Below, piece by piece: positions 20,850 to 32,056 of a stretch of DNA of 42,630 nucleotides. The stretch lies in NCBI RefSeq assembly GCF_001194135.2, contig NC_068981.1, forward strand, positions 128,214,094 to 128,256,723, read 5' to 3'. Every line of letters starts with the position of its first letter. Within the stretch, counting starts at the first letter, position 1. The DNA is from Octopus bimaculoides. Taxonomy: Eukaryota. The notes beneath the pieces were generated by a model that saw only the letters and a program-made list of their open reading frames with translations, did no database searches and was not told the DNA's origin. The position numbers and the translations under genes are program-made.

Positions 20850-22380
20850 GTTAAGGAAGTGGGGTGGAAAAATTATTTAAGATTAATAAAAAGGAATTTT
20901 GACATATGTCTGTAAGAAAAATCTTTTTCATCTCTCGAATTTACAAGAGAGCCGTTCATTTTCATTATTTTATAACTCTCTTCTAGGCATAATTTTCAGA
21001 TCCTATTATTATGCCTATAAGGTGGAACTGAAGAAAGAATTTTCCAAGAAATCAAGTACTCTATATTACTTCTTTTCAGTTGTCAAACCTTTTTGGATAG
21101 ACCTGTGCTATTTTCTTTTCTACGATCATTAAAAGATGATCTATGATTAATTAATCTTAATTTAAAAGGATTTTGTGTACATCCAATGTAAGTAAATTTT
21201 GAGAGACTATGGGTACTAATTATTGCTGGGTATACTACATCTTTCATTTTACAGTTACCTGCTACCTCACAAGTATTCGGGTTTCTACAATTACAAATAG
21301 AACTATTTGTTGGTACTATTGTTGTTATGTCTATATATATTAAGGGTAATTGAGGTTATGTTATTCTGATAATTGTTGTTTTTTGATATGGAATTATTGG
21401 GGTAAGCATGTATATTAGAAGGAGTTGTTTTTCATTGTAGAATTGGTCTAGTTTCTTATTGTTAAATGAAGAGATGATCCTAAATAGGTTTGGAGATACT
21501 GAAAATCCAAATCTGATCATTTTGTTATTAAATATTTTTGCATATTTAGAGTTTTTAAAGTTCTTTTTAATAATGTTTCAATGGATTTAATAAAATTAGA
21601 TTTTAGATGTTTTGCAAAAGGAATTATGATCTAAATGATGTTATTGTTGTATTCTTTATTGTCGTAGTAGCTTATATTTTGCGGGTCATCTATTCATACA
21701 TATGGTATAGGTTTCTTTTTTCTATATTATTACTCCTAACTTTATTAATATGAGTTATGCAGTTATGTGAGTTATTGGAAGGATGAGATGTAGCGGGACA
21801 AGTTTGATTTTTAAAGTGTGTACGTTTCATGTTCTTATTTCTATCTATGGTTATTTGTTTTCGTTATTTATTGTCTGTATACTTGCGTTTGATTAGATTA
21901 TTAACAGTGTATTTGGTGATTTGTGGGTTGGTAAAATTAGTATTATTCGTTCTATTAGACAGATTATGTTTATGCTGCTCATATTTATAGAGTTTATTAT
22001 TATGATGTTTATTGCTGTTGTAGGATTTGTGTTTGTTGGTAATGTATTGCTGATGAATATTATTGGGTTTTCTAATTTACTAGTTGATGTGGGTTCAGTA
22101 ATATGGTTAGTATTGTTCTTATCAAGATAACTCTTGGGATAATTAGAATAGGTGTTATTGTTTTTGTTGTACTTAATTCGATATTTATATCTTGCCTCTT
22201 TAAGTGTTAAATTACAATAGTCTTTGTGCTTGTTAAAAATGTCCTCATTGGATGAAATTGGTTAATTCTACTTACTATGTTAGAGGTTACAATATTTATA
22301 ATATTATAAGGATGGTTACTTTGTGCATGTGTGTATGTGATATTGTTATTAGGTTTATGGTAAGGTTGATAAGATGATGC
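20850..22380 (-). mobile_element. Second Penelope-like element (Neptune-type linker and GIY-YIG); no RT core seen
   Basis: Linker fragments PFAKHLKSNFIKSIE..., YAKIFNNKMIRFGFSVSPNLFRIISSFNNKKL, then the endonuclease. The upstream part is low-complexity N/T/I-rich. The 5' boundary is approximate, at the CA/TA microsatellite. Confidence 0.75.
20873..21295 (-). pseudogene. Neptune-type Zn-finger plus GIY-YIG endonuclease, in frame with two internal TGA codons
   Basis: CNCRNPNTCEVAGNCKMKDVVYPAIISTHSLSKFTYIGCTQNPFKLRLINHRSSFNDRRKENSTGLSKKV*QLKRSNIEYLISWKILSSVPPYRHNNRI*KLCLEESYKIMKMNGSLVNSRDEKDFSYRHMSKFLFINLK*. This frame is absent from the ORF track. Confidence 0.88.
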
Positions 22381-22421
22381 ATTGAGGTTAAAGTTATGTA
22401 TATATATGCATATGTATTTAC

Positions 22422-22447
22422 ATACACACACACACACACACACACAC

Positions 22448-22480
<33 letters not shown>
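22422..22480. repeat. (CA)n/(TA)n microsatellite running into a gap
   Basis: Direct reading. Confidence 0.95.
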
Positions 22481-23964
22481 NNNNNNNNNNNNNNNNNNNN
22501 NNNNNNNNNNNNNNNNNNNNNNNNNNNNNNNNNNNNNNNNNNNNNNNNNNNNNNNNNNNNNNNNNNNNNNNNNNNNNNNNNNNNNNNNNNNNNNNNNNNN
22601 NNNNNNNNNNNNNNNNNNNNNNNNNNNNNNNNNNNNNNNNNNNNNNNNNNNNNNNNNNNNNNNNNNNNNNNNNNNNNNNNNNNNNNNNNNNNNNNNNNNN
22701 NNNNNNNNNNNNNNNNNNNNNNNNNNNNNNNNNNNNNNNNNNNNNNNNNNNNNNNNNNNNNNNNNNNNNNNNNNNNNNNNNNNNNNNNNNNNNNNNNNNN
22801 NNNNNNNNNNNNNNNNNNNNNNNNNNNNNNNNNNNNNNNNNNNNNNNNNNNNNNNNNNNNNNNNNNNNNNNNNNNNNNNNNNNNNNNNNNNNNNNNNNNN
22901 NNNNNNNNNNNNNNNNNNNNNNNNNNNNNNNNNNNNNNNNNNNNNNNNNNNNNNNNNNNNNNNNNNNNNNNNNNNNNNNNNNNNNNNNNNNNNNNNNNNN
23001 NNNNNNNNNNNNNNNNNNNNNNNNNNNNNNNNNNNNNNNNNNNNNNNNNNNNNNNNNNNNNNNNNNNNNNNNNNNNNNNNNNNNNNNNNNNNNNNNNNNN
23101 NNNNNNNNNNNNNNNNNNNNNNNNNNNNNNNNNNNNNNNNNNNNNNNNNNNNNNNNNNNNNNNNNNNNNNNNNNNNNNNNNNNNNNNNNNNNNNNNNNNN
23201 NNNNNNNNNNNNNNNNNNNNNNNNNNNNNNNNNNNNNNNNNNNNNNNNNNNNNNNNNNNNNNNNNNNNNNNNNNNNNNNNNNNNNNNNNNNNNNNNNNNN
23301 NNNNNNNNNNNNNNNNNNNNNNNNNNNNNNNNNNNNNNNNNNNNNNNNNNNNNNNNNNNNNNNNNNNNNNNNTATATATATATATGAAATGTATCTATGT
23401 TATTTTTTCTACATGCAACAGCTTACTAATAATGCTAAGATCCATCAAGTTGTTTTGACATACGCGTTTAAAATATCGTATTTGCAGAGAGAAGGGACAT
23501 CCAATACGTCTTTAAATATAATTCAATCTTTTGTCATGATGCTTCAGTAGATTTTTGTTCCTACAATATTAAGTGATCGATACTGAAAGATGTGTCATTT
23601 TTAACTCCTGTGGCCTAGGAAACTGCATGCTGCGCTGCATTATTAGTTTGCTTCTGACTGATCTGAAAATGATAAATGAAGAAACAGCCGGAAAAATTTA
23701 CAACTCATAGGTCCTCTATATGTTTTTTTTTTTTTTTTTTCAAATATGGGTTTCGGAGTATCGGCAGAATAAAACGTCACCTTTCAGTAAATACATTAAC
23801 ATCCCAGTGCCGCCGCGTGTATTTTGTAGTTAACTGCTTTGTGCATTTGACAATAAACATAATGAAAAATAAATAACATGATGGATGGATTTATGGAAAT
23901 AAATATAACCCAGAACAGACAATATAACAAATAATACATTATATATTTGTCTAATTACTCGTCG

Positions 23965-24036
23965 AGGAGTGTAGTACAATGGAAACATGCTGGGCTTATA
24001 ACCCAAAGATCTGTGGATTGTAACTACGTCCTGCAA
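23965..24036 (+). pseudogene. Initiator tRNA-Met pseudogene
   Basis: Ungapped 72-nt alignment to the metazoan tRNA-iMet pattern (AGCAGAGTGGCGCAGTGGAAGCGTGCTGGGCCCATAACCCAGAGGTC.GTGGATCGAAACCA..CTCTGCTA, recalled). The anticodon has changed CAT to TAT (23996-23998), and both the acceptor stem and T-loop are damaged. Confidence 0.85.
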
Positions 24037-24738
24037 AGAAATGGATACAATTTTTAATATTTATACATAGCAACTAAGCTATCAACAAGTATACCAACCA
24101 TATACAAAGATAGATGAAAATTATATTATGCAATACAAATTTACACACGGTCAGAGGATCGCCAGTTGACCGGAGTAAACCAAAACCCAAGCAGCGTAGG
24201 CATTTTGGTTAGTATATAGGATTATAAATCCTTTATTTTTTTTTAACTTCTATTATTTATCAATGGGTAATTAGGAAAAAATATTGTAAGTTTCGCAACT
24301 TTCAATATCTTTCAATATCTCTAAAATGTCCTGACATTTGATAAAACTTTTTTTAACGATATACTAAATTTTTAAAAAAATACCTACGAACCAGGAACCA
24401 AAAGCGGTTCGCGAATGCAGCTGAAAACTAAACCACTACTACACATTCTACAGTAATACTTCAATTTGTCCAAACAGTGATTTACACTGAAGGTTCTTTC
24501 CATTTCTTTGAAATTCAACAAAAACACAAAATATAATTCACGGATAATCAAAGCAACCGGCAGGAGTCGTGATATTTGTATTCAATAGTACACTTGCTCG
24601 TTTGAATCAACAAAGACTGAATTATCTCAACATGTTGTTCATGTTTACTTACACACACGTATAAACAGTCATATAACAGCGTGTAATATCAGCAGTGGCT
24701 TCATTTGCCGCGAACATGTGAAATAGGAAAATACTGAA

Positions 24739-24740
<2 letters not shown>

Positions 24741-24780
<40 letters not shown>
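24741..24780. repeat. (TG)n microsatellite
   Basis: Direct reading. Confidence 0.95.
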
Positions 24781-24782
<2 letters not shown>

Positions 24783-25453
24783 TATCCATTTTCAATGCAT
24801 TCAGGCAGATATTCAAACGTAAATATCGCTGTTGTTCGAGAACATATTGGGAGTGATTAGATATGTTATTGTTTGGATTCTCGCTGTTCTGCCGTACACC
24901 ATATATTATCTTTGTTTGTCAGACAGCATCACGCGTCAGCAAATGATTTCTTTGCAGATTTTTAAAAAACCAGAACCTGTATTCTTGTTAGATTCATCGC
25001 TCCGGAATCGCTTTGACTGAAAGTACACGCAATAAGGTCGAAATATCGTAGTGCCTTACATTGATGAATCGAGTGTCTTATGAAGAAAACACCGTTTCAA
25101 AAGGAAGAGCCGTTCTCGGATGAAGAAAAACAACAGCACATTTGAATCAGCCATAATGTATTGAGTATAAACAGATACATTATTGTTTGAATTCTCGCTG
25201 TTCTGCGTGCACCTCACGAAATGTGTGTGTAGCAGGGTTGTGTGGGTGGGGTGGGGAGTTTTGTGTGTGTGTTGAGTGTATGTGCGTGTGTGGCTGCTCG
25301 TTCCTGACAAGAATATTAACTGATAGTTTTATTTACAATACATACATATTCGATCAAAACTCAGCATGAATGACTAAATTACTTAATTAATTAAATAGCA
25401 CTATACAGCTATAGAACAAGCAAGGCTAATTTATGGTATCTGTTTTCTCTCAG

Positions 25454-25464
25454 CGAGACCACAG
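25454..25464 (+). CDS. Candidate 11-nt microexon
   Basis: CTAAT branch-point motif (25426-25430), AG-free pyrimidine tract tctgttttctctCAG, exon CGAGACCACAG, donor GTATGC. Confidence 0.3.
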
Positions 25465-25890
25465 GTATGCTTGCTAAAACCAAAAAACGCTAGTACGTTC
25501 ACATTATATTTCTGCTCGTCTATTGCTCTTCCGAGCGTTTACTAATTAATTCATTTACATTTGCACTGTTCTACAAAGACGAACTAATCGACTTCTGCCC
25601 GTGTGTGTATTCCATGTATAGCTATAAGCTATTATTCTTTCTACTGTTAGAAACGAATAACAGATTTCTGATGAGACATTCACAAACTAATGAGTTCAAT
25701 CTATTTTCTAGACGCATAGAACAAAAAACGAACTTTTACCACAGTGTCTAATCTTTCCCATGTAAACTTATATATGTGTATTCTAATAAACACATGCTTG
25801 TAAATTTACATTTTAGCTCTCAATATTATAATTTATAAGGAAGCTCTAGCTGATTTCTGGATCTCAAAGGTTTTAATATTTATGGCGAGG

Positions 25891-26094
25891 AAGGCGGCGA
25901 GCTGGCAGAATCGTTAGCACACCGGCAAAATTCATAGCAGCATTTCGTTCATCGTTAAGTTATTAGTTCAAATTCTGCTGAGGTCGATTTACCCTTTCAG
26001 GAGTCGATAAGTACCAGGCAAGCATTGGAGTCTATTTAATCGACTTGCACCCTTCCCTATAACAGCTAGCCTTGTGTCAAAATTTGAAACCAAT
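25891..26094 (+). mobile_element. SINE family B
   Basis: Head aaggcggcgagctggcagaatcgttagcac; tail aaatttgaaaccaat. Confidence 0.85.
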
Positions 26095-26157
26095 ATAATT
26101 TTTGAGGAAGCTCTAGCTGATATCTGGATCTCATAGGTTTTAGTATTTACGGAGAGG

Positions 26158-26375
26158 GAGGCGGTGAGCTGCAAAATTGTTAGCATGCCAGGGAAAATAT
26201 TTAGCGGTATTTCGTTTGTCTTTACGGTCTGAATTCAAATTCAGTCGAGGTCGATTTTGCCTTTCATCCTTTCGGAGTTGGTAAAATAAGTACCAGTTGA
26301 GCGCTGGGGGTCTGTTTAATCGACTTCCCTACTCTCCCGAAATTGCTGGCCTTGTGCCAAAAAATTGAAACCAAT
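26158..26375 (+). mobile_element. SINE family B
   Basis: Head gaggcggtgagctg, core gattttgcctttcatcctttcgg, tail aaattgaaaccaat. Confidence 0.85.
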
Positions 26376-26619
26376 TCTTATGGAGCGGATTTGCTCTACA
26401 GCTCAGTCATTTATCCTAAATATTGAGAACAGTAATGTTGCTGAAATGCGTTGTGAGCTGCTTTATTGTAAGAAGAAAGTGCCAGATTCTCTGGTCACTC
26501 TTCATTTGTTTGCAACAACTTTGTACGATAAACTTTCATCATTACTTGAATATTGAAACATTTAAGTGAAACGATAGAAATAATGGGAGGATATTGATCT
26601 CAAGGTTTACTATACTTAC

Positions 26620-26749
26620 GTACGTATGCATATATGTGTATGTATGTATACATACGCATATATACCCATACATACATACATGTATACATACATACATATA
26701 TATGTATACCCAGATGTATAATATACATACATGTATGTATATGTAGTGT

Positions 26750-26797
<48 letters not shown>
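26620..26797. repeat. Compound TA/CA/TATG and (TG)n microsatellite
   Basis: Direct reading. Confidence 0.9.
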
Positions 26798-26798
<1 letters not shown>

Positions 26799-27397
26799 TA
26801 CTTGTTTGAAATGAAAACCGCAAGCCACTGAAGGAGTAAATCACACTAAAAGCTTGGCTTGAAATACCGATAAATTTATAACATCTCCCCATCCTTGAAA
26901 GTTACCTTACGCAACCCTGAAGCAAAATAATCTCCATTGAGTATTTCCCATACAAAAGGCAATAAATATCAACTGTGAGCTTTGTGCATGTTTTAGGCTG
27001 TGAATTTTGATGACCACAGTGTTTTTGCTTGAATTCCTGAAATAAAATCTATCTATTAATGGCTGATAATTTTATGGCATTCGGAAAAAAACAGCTGTTT
27101 GGAAGTTGTTACATTAATGGCGTAAGAGAACCGAAATAGCTTTCTCAAGAAATCCATAAAACCTAGCATTCTATATCTTGTCCGATATACATACTGATAA
27201 TTCTCACCAGATTATATTGCCAGGCAGTTCACATTTAGTTTTTCTAGGGGAAGGGAAGAGGAGCATAGCATGTTTCCTTCGTATTATCAACAACAATACA
27301 CATTCTGACTTAACAAACTTCATTCCAAGGTCTGTAAAATACTGAATAATGAAATCAGATTGTTTTTGTGTACGTATATACGTGCGTATGTACGCAC

Positions 27398-27428
<31 letters not shown>

Positions 27429-27473
27429 TGTATGTATGTATTATGTATGTTTGTACGTACGTGTGTGTATGTG

Positions 27474-27750
27474 AGGGAACATAGCCTAGTGGTTAGGGTG
27501 TTGCACTCCAGATCGTGAGATCCTGGTTTCAATTCCTGGATCGGGTCGTCCGCTGTGTTCTTCAGCAAAACACTTCATTTCATACTGCTGTGCGATAGCA
27601 TCCACACGTGATGTGTGTTACATCGTGCACGTGTACAAGCAACGTCCATTTGATGGGGGTGGGGAGTGAGCTAATGTACGGCACAAACATTTGACCACTA
27701 TAAACAAATCTCTTGTGCAAGCTGTTCGGCAAGAAATTGCAAAACCTTCT
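27474..27750 (+). mobile_element. tRNA-derived SINE family E (head and core related to C, different 3' part)
   Basis: A-box TAGCCTAGTGG, B-box-like GGTTTCAATTCC, core gtgttcttcagcaaaacacttcatttca. Confidence 0.7.
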
Positions 27751-27822
27751 TTCTCAGACTTCAAGAGACTACCATCATCATCAGCGTCATGTATGTAAGT
27801 ATGCATGTGTGTATGTACGTAT

Positions 27823-27898
27823 GGAGGGATGGATGTATAGATGGATGGATGGACGGACGGATGGATGGATGGATGGATGGATGGATGGATGGATGGAT
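27823..27898. repeat. (GGAT)n microsatellite
   Basis: Direct reading. Confidence 0.9.
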
Positions 27899-28208
27899 CC
27901 CTGTCTTTATCAAAGGTTGATTATTCAGATAAAATGTCTGTATCTTTTATGTTGAAAGGAGACTCGGCAAACGTCACATGCTGTAATGGCAAAATTGTCA
28001 TATTGATTCGTGGGTGGATTCTATAGTTTGTGCGGAAGTGTGTCCACTCATTATTGTGAATGAGTTGCCTACTATTTTACAAACGGAGGCCACCTTTGGT
28101 CTCCGATTCGGTTTCCTTGGAAAGGTATTTCCATTTTCCTACACCGTTAATAAAACAACTTCAACACCTTTCAAATTCCTAGTCTCACAGAATTCCATAA
28201 AAGGTATC

Positions 28209-28593
28209 AGATATGGGCTGTGTTGTGTGGTTAAGAAGCTTCCTGCCCAATCATGTAGTATTAGGTTAAGTCTCACCAGACAGAAGTGGGCAAGTGTCTT
28301 TTACTATTGTCCCGGATTGACCAAGAGCTCCTGAGTGGATTCGGTAGACGTAAACACCTATATGTATATATGGGTGTGGATATGTATATATCTATATGTG
28401 TGTGTGTCTTTGTGACAACTGCTGCTTGTTTGCTTACGTCTCCGTAGCTTAGCGGTTCGGCAAAACAGACCGATAGAATAAGTGTCAGGCTTTAAAAAGT
28501 AAGTACTGAGTCGATTTATTCGACTAAACTCTTCAAGGCTTTGCCCGAGCATGGCCGCAGTCCAATGACTGAAACAAGTAAAAGATAAAAGAT
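28209..28593 (+). mobile_element. SINE family A, full length
   Basis: Head tgtgtggttaagaagctt...gggcaagtgtcttttact, short internal TA/TG tract, 3' part cttagcggttcggcaaaa...catggccgcagtccaatgactgaaacaagtaaaagataaaagata. Confidence 0.8.
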
Positions 28594-28674
28594 ATTAATG
28601 TATATGGTTTATCACAGAAATTCAGTCAATTTATTTTACTGAACAGTTACATGATTATAAATATGTATTCTAAA

Positions 28675-28676
<2 letters not shown>

Positions 28677-28742
<66 letters not shown>
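28677..28742. repeat. (GT)n microsatellite
   Basis: Direct reading. Confidence 0.95.
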
Positions 28743-28744
<2 letters not shown>

Positions 28745-29139
28745 ACTTGTGTATATGTTTTTGTTTGCATATATGTTTTAATATGCATATATAAATATAC
28801 GAATGGAAAATTATTCAAATTTTTCCTCCGTTTGTGTTTCCACACTTTGCCGAAAAGTTTACCTCAAGGATAAGTTGATAGCTTATTAATAGATCAATAG
28901 CTCTTAGATCGACTGCAATGCTATACAGTATCCGCAGTCCAATCTTCTTAGCTGTAAATGCATATATACCTAGTGGAGATGTGAGAACTTTGTAATTAAT
29001 GAACAATTTCCTATCTTAACCTCTAATTGATATAAATAAATTAATTATCTCCTTTTATGCTAAGCGTATATGTCGGTGGATCATCAAATGGTCAATCTTT
29101 TCAATACTATGAAATGTTACAAAGCAAAACATCGACAAC

Positions 29140-29395
29140 GAAACAACGGGATAGTAGCTACATGGTCACCGGACGCGCAGGTTGTAGAAGTCAAATCACA
29201 CTTACATAACACTCTACCAGCTTTAAAAATGTAAACATACTAGATAATTAGATAATGTAGTCCAAAATGTACTATTTTTTTATAAGAAAACAAAACAGTT
29301 TAATCATAATAAAAATGTCATTGGCCCTAAGTCTTCCCGATCAAGGCTATCCTGGGTTAGACAAACAAAAGATAGAAAAATAACACCCAAACAAC
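29140..29395 (+). mobile_element. Family D copy, diverged; another fragment lies at ~30950-31085
   Basis: gataatgtagtcc...cccgatcaaggctatcctgggttagacaaac; at 30957, ctcctagaaatagcggctaaatttccctca. Confidence 0.5.
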
Positions 29396-29546
29396 AGTAA
29401 TGACAAAAAAAACCCTTTTTTTTCTGACTGCAATGGCTATTCATTGAAGGCAAAGATCACGTTTTAGATCGTTATGCCATTTTAGAAAGCAAGCATTTAC
29501 ACCTACACCATTTCACATTATCTTACATGCATATTCAGACACATAT

Positions 29547-29697
<151 letters not shown>

Positions 29698-31266
29698 TAT
29701 GTATGCGCATATGCATATACATATTTGTGTAAATATATATGTATGTGTGTGTGCATACGTACATGTATACACTTACATTTGTGTTTGTATGTTTGTATGT
29801 ATACATGTGTATGCTTGTATGGTACGTGTGTATGCTTGCATAATCTCCCAGCCATTTCTGGTGTAATTATAAACTAAATTATTTTTTCACCACAGTTTGT
29901 CATAATGATATATTAGCAAATCTAACAGGTTGTTTCAGATTATGGCAAAAATATATATATATAACATTAACATATCCATTTGTAATTACCATAGACTTGT
30001 AATTGATATACTCGCCAAATAACAAAGCCATATTTAATTTCGTTTAGTAGGAGTATTGCAAATGGCATCTTTTAGATTAACTGAAGTAGGAAAATATGAG
30101 ATGGCAGTGTTACTCGATCCAAAAGAATACAATACAGTAATAGGCGAAACTAGTTATTGTTGTTGATAAGACTTTATAAGTATTTGATCTTTAATATGAG
30201 CTGGAAATGTATTTCATCTTCAATGTTTATATTCCCTGTTTATTCCGTGCTGATATAGATAACTTGTAAATCCCTGTAAATTCTAAAATTACGTTTTCTA
30301 AAGTCAAATACACAGACATGAAGCGGTAACTAGTATGTATTCTTCTTGTTCTATTCCCTTAGCAAGTTTTACAAAATGAAATTCTACGAGTATTACCTAA
30401 GACGTGAACTTCATTTTAGCCGGTGTCACATTGCAAAATGAATGTGAAAAGGACTTAACAAATGTAAGGTCTGAACTACCTCAATTAGAGAGACGTGTAC
30501 AAGCAAGAGTTAAATGAAATGAGAATGCCGCGTCACGAACATGGCACTTACCACCATTCTGGAGCGTAGATATTGTTTAACTAAAATCTAGAGTGAAATG
30601 GTCGAGTGGATTTTTATGTTTTTCCTTATACATTCCGTTATGCATTAATTATATGCAATTCAGGCCACCTATTTATGAAAAATAGCCAGCAAGTCTTCTA
30701 AGAATACTAGTGTTTGGTGACAGGTTAATGTCGTTGTCTGACAGAACTCCACTCTAGTGGAGTAAGTTTATCACTTGGTAGCTGATGAAGCTCTGCAGAA
30801 TTTTCAAGTAATTCTCCATTCCAAGCACAAAGATGATTGAAATCCTGAATACTGAGACCTTCATTGTTTTTGCCCTTATCATGATTCTTGTAGAATTTTA
30901 AAGAGTTAACTAATCTCATACGAACCAATAAGAGAGTCTTCAACTTATCTTTCAGCCTCCTAGAAATAGCGGCTAAATTTCCCTCATTTTCCCTCGTTTG
31001 CTAATATAAGTTTATATACCCTAAGTAGTTCTATATACACTAAGACTAGATGGCCATGGCTAGAATATTTTTGATAAAGGTTTGCTGGAATTGGTATTCT
31101 GAAATCACGAATATAATGTATTGTCAATTAACTTAAAATGTAATTCTTTGTCTGTTCGTTTGTTTGTTTGTTTTTTTGTTTTTTGTCTTTTGTTTTTATT
31201 TTCGTTTTTTGGACACTGTATTGAACATTAGAATTTTTATGATTTGGCATCGTGTCCTTGAACGTT

Positions 31267-31322
31267 GTGATTTCGATTAGTGATTTCGATTAGTGATTTC
31301 GATTAGTGATTTCGATTAGTGA
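31267..31322. repeat. Perfect 13-bp tandem repeat (GTGATTTCGATTA) x4.3
   Basis: Units start at 31267, 31280, 31293 and 31306, with a partial unit at 31319. Confidence 0.95.
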
Positions 31323-31611
31323 ATGCAGAATGAAACTATTTACTATCAATTAAAGAAGGAAATCAACGAAGTAAGATGGAAGATAAGATCAAAAAGAAAA
31401 AGAACTCCACTTCCACAGTATGTTTTCAAAGTAATTTCGAAATTTCTTTTATGGAGAAAAGCGTCATCAGTTGCGAGTTTGAAAGGAAGTATAGGAACAT
31501 GTTTCTACCATAAATTAAAACATAAAAGGGATGCTGAAGGGTTTGTCAGTGGATCATTCGACTGAATGTATCTAGTTTCGATAATTCATTATTATGAATT
31601 CAAACACCAAC

Positions 31612-31613
<2 letters not shown>

Positions 31614-31672
<59 letters not shown>

Positions 31673-31744
31673 NNNNNNNNNNNNNNNNNNNNNNNNNNNN
31701 NNNNNNNNNNNNNNNNNNNNNNNNNNNNNNNNNNNNNNNNNNNN

Positions 31745-31809
<65 letters not shown>

Positions 31810-32056
31810 GATATATATATGTGTGTTTGTGTGTGTGCAAGTATGTATGTACATATGTACACACACACATGTTTTTATGTACGTATATTATGTATATATA
31901 TGTATGTATGTATATATATGTATGTATTTATGTATATATATGCGTATGTATGTATTCATGTATATATGTATATGTATGTATGTATTTATTTATGTATATA
32001 TATGTATATGTATATATGTATGTATTTATGTATGTATATATATATATGTATATATG
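31614..32056. repeat. (CT)n (gapped) followed by a degenerate TATG/TA tract
   Basis: Direct reading. Confidence 0.9.

Noticed and set aside
28014-28334. 106-aa ORF with an AAG|GTATTT donor-like site
   Set aside because: The last third is SINE-A sequence, the acceptor is weak and there is no recognisable domain.
28924-28956. TA-CAGTATCCGCAGTCCA...CTG-TA, resembling the TIR of the transposon at 780-1194
   Set aside because: Only ~14 nt of gapped similarity; cannot be distinguished from chance.
31267-31322. Regular repeat considered as a CRISPR-like array
   Set aside because: Units are contiguous with no spacers, and the context is eukaryotic with no cas genes.
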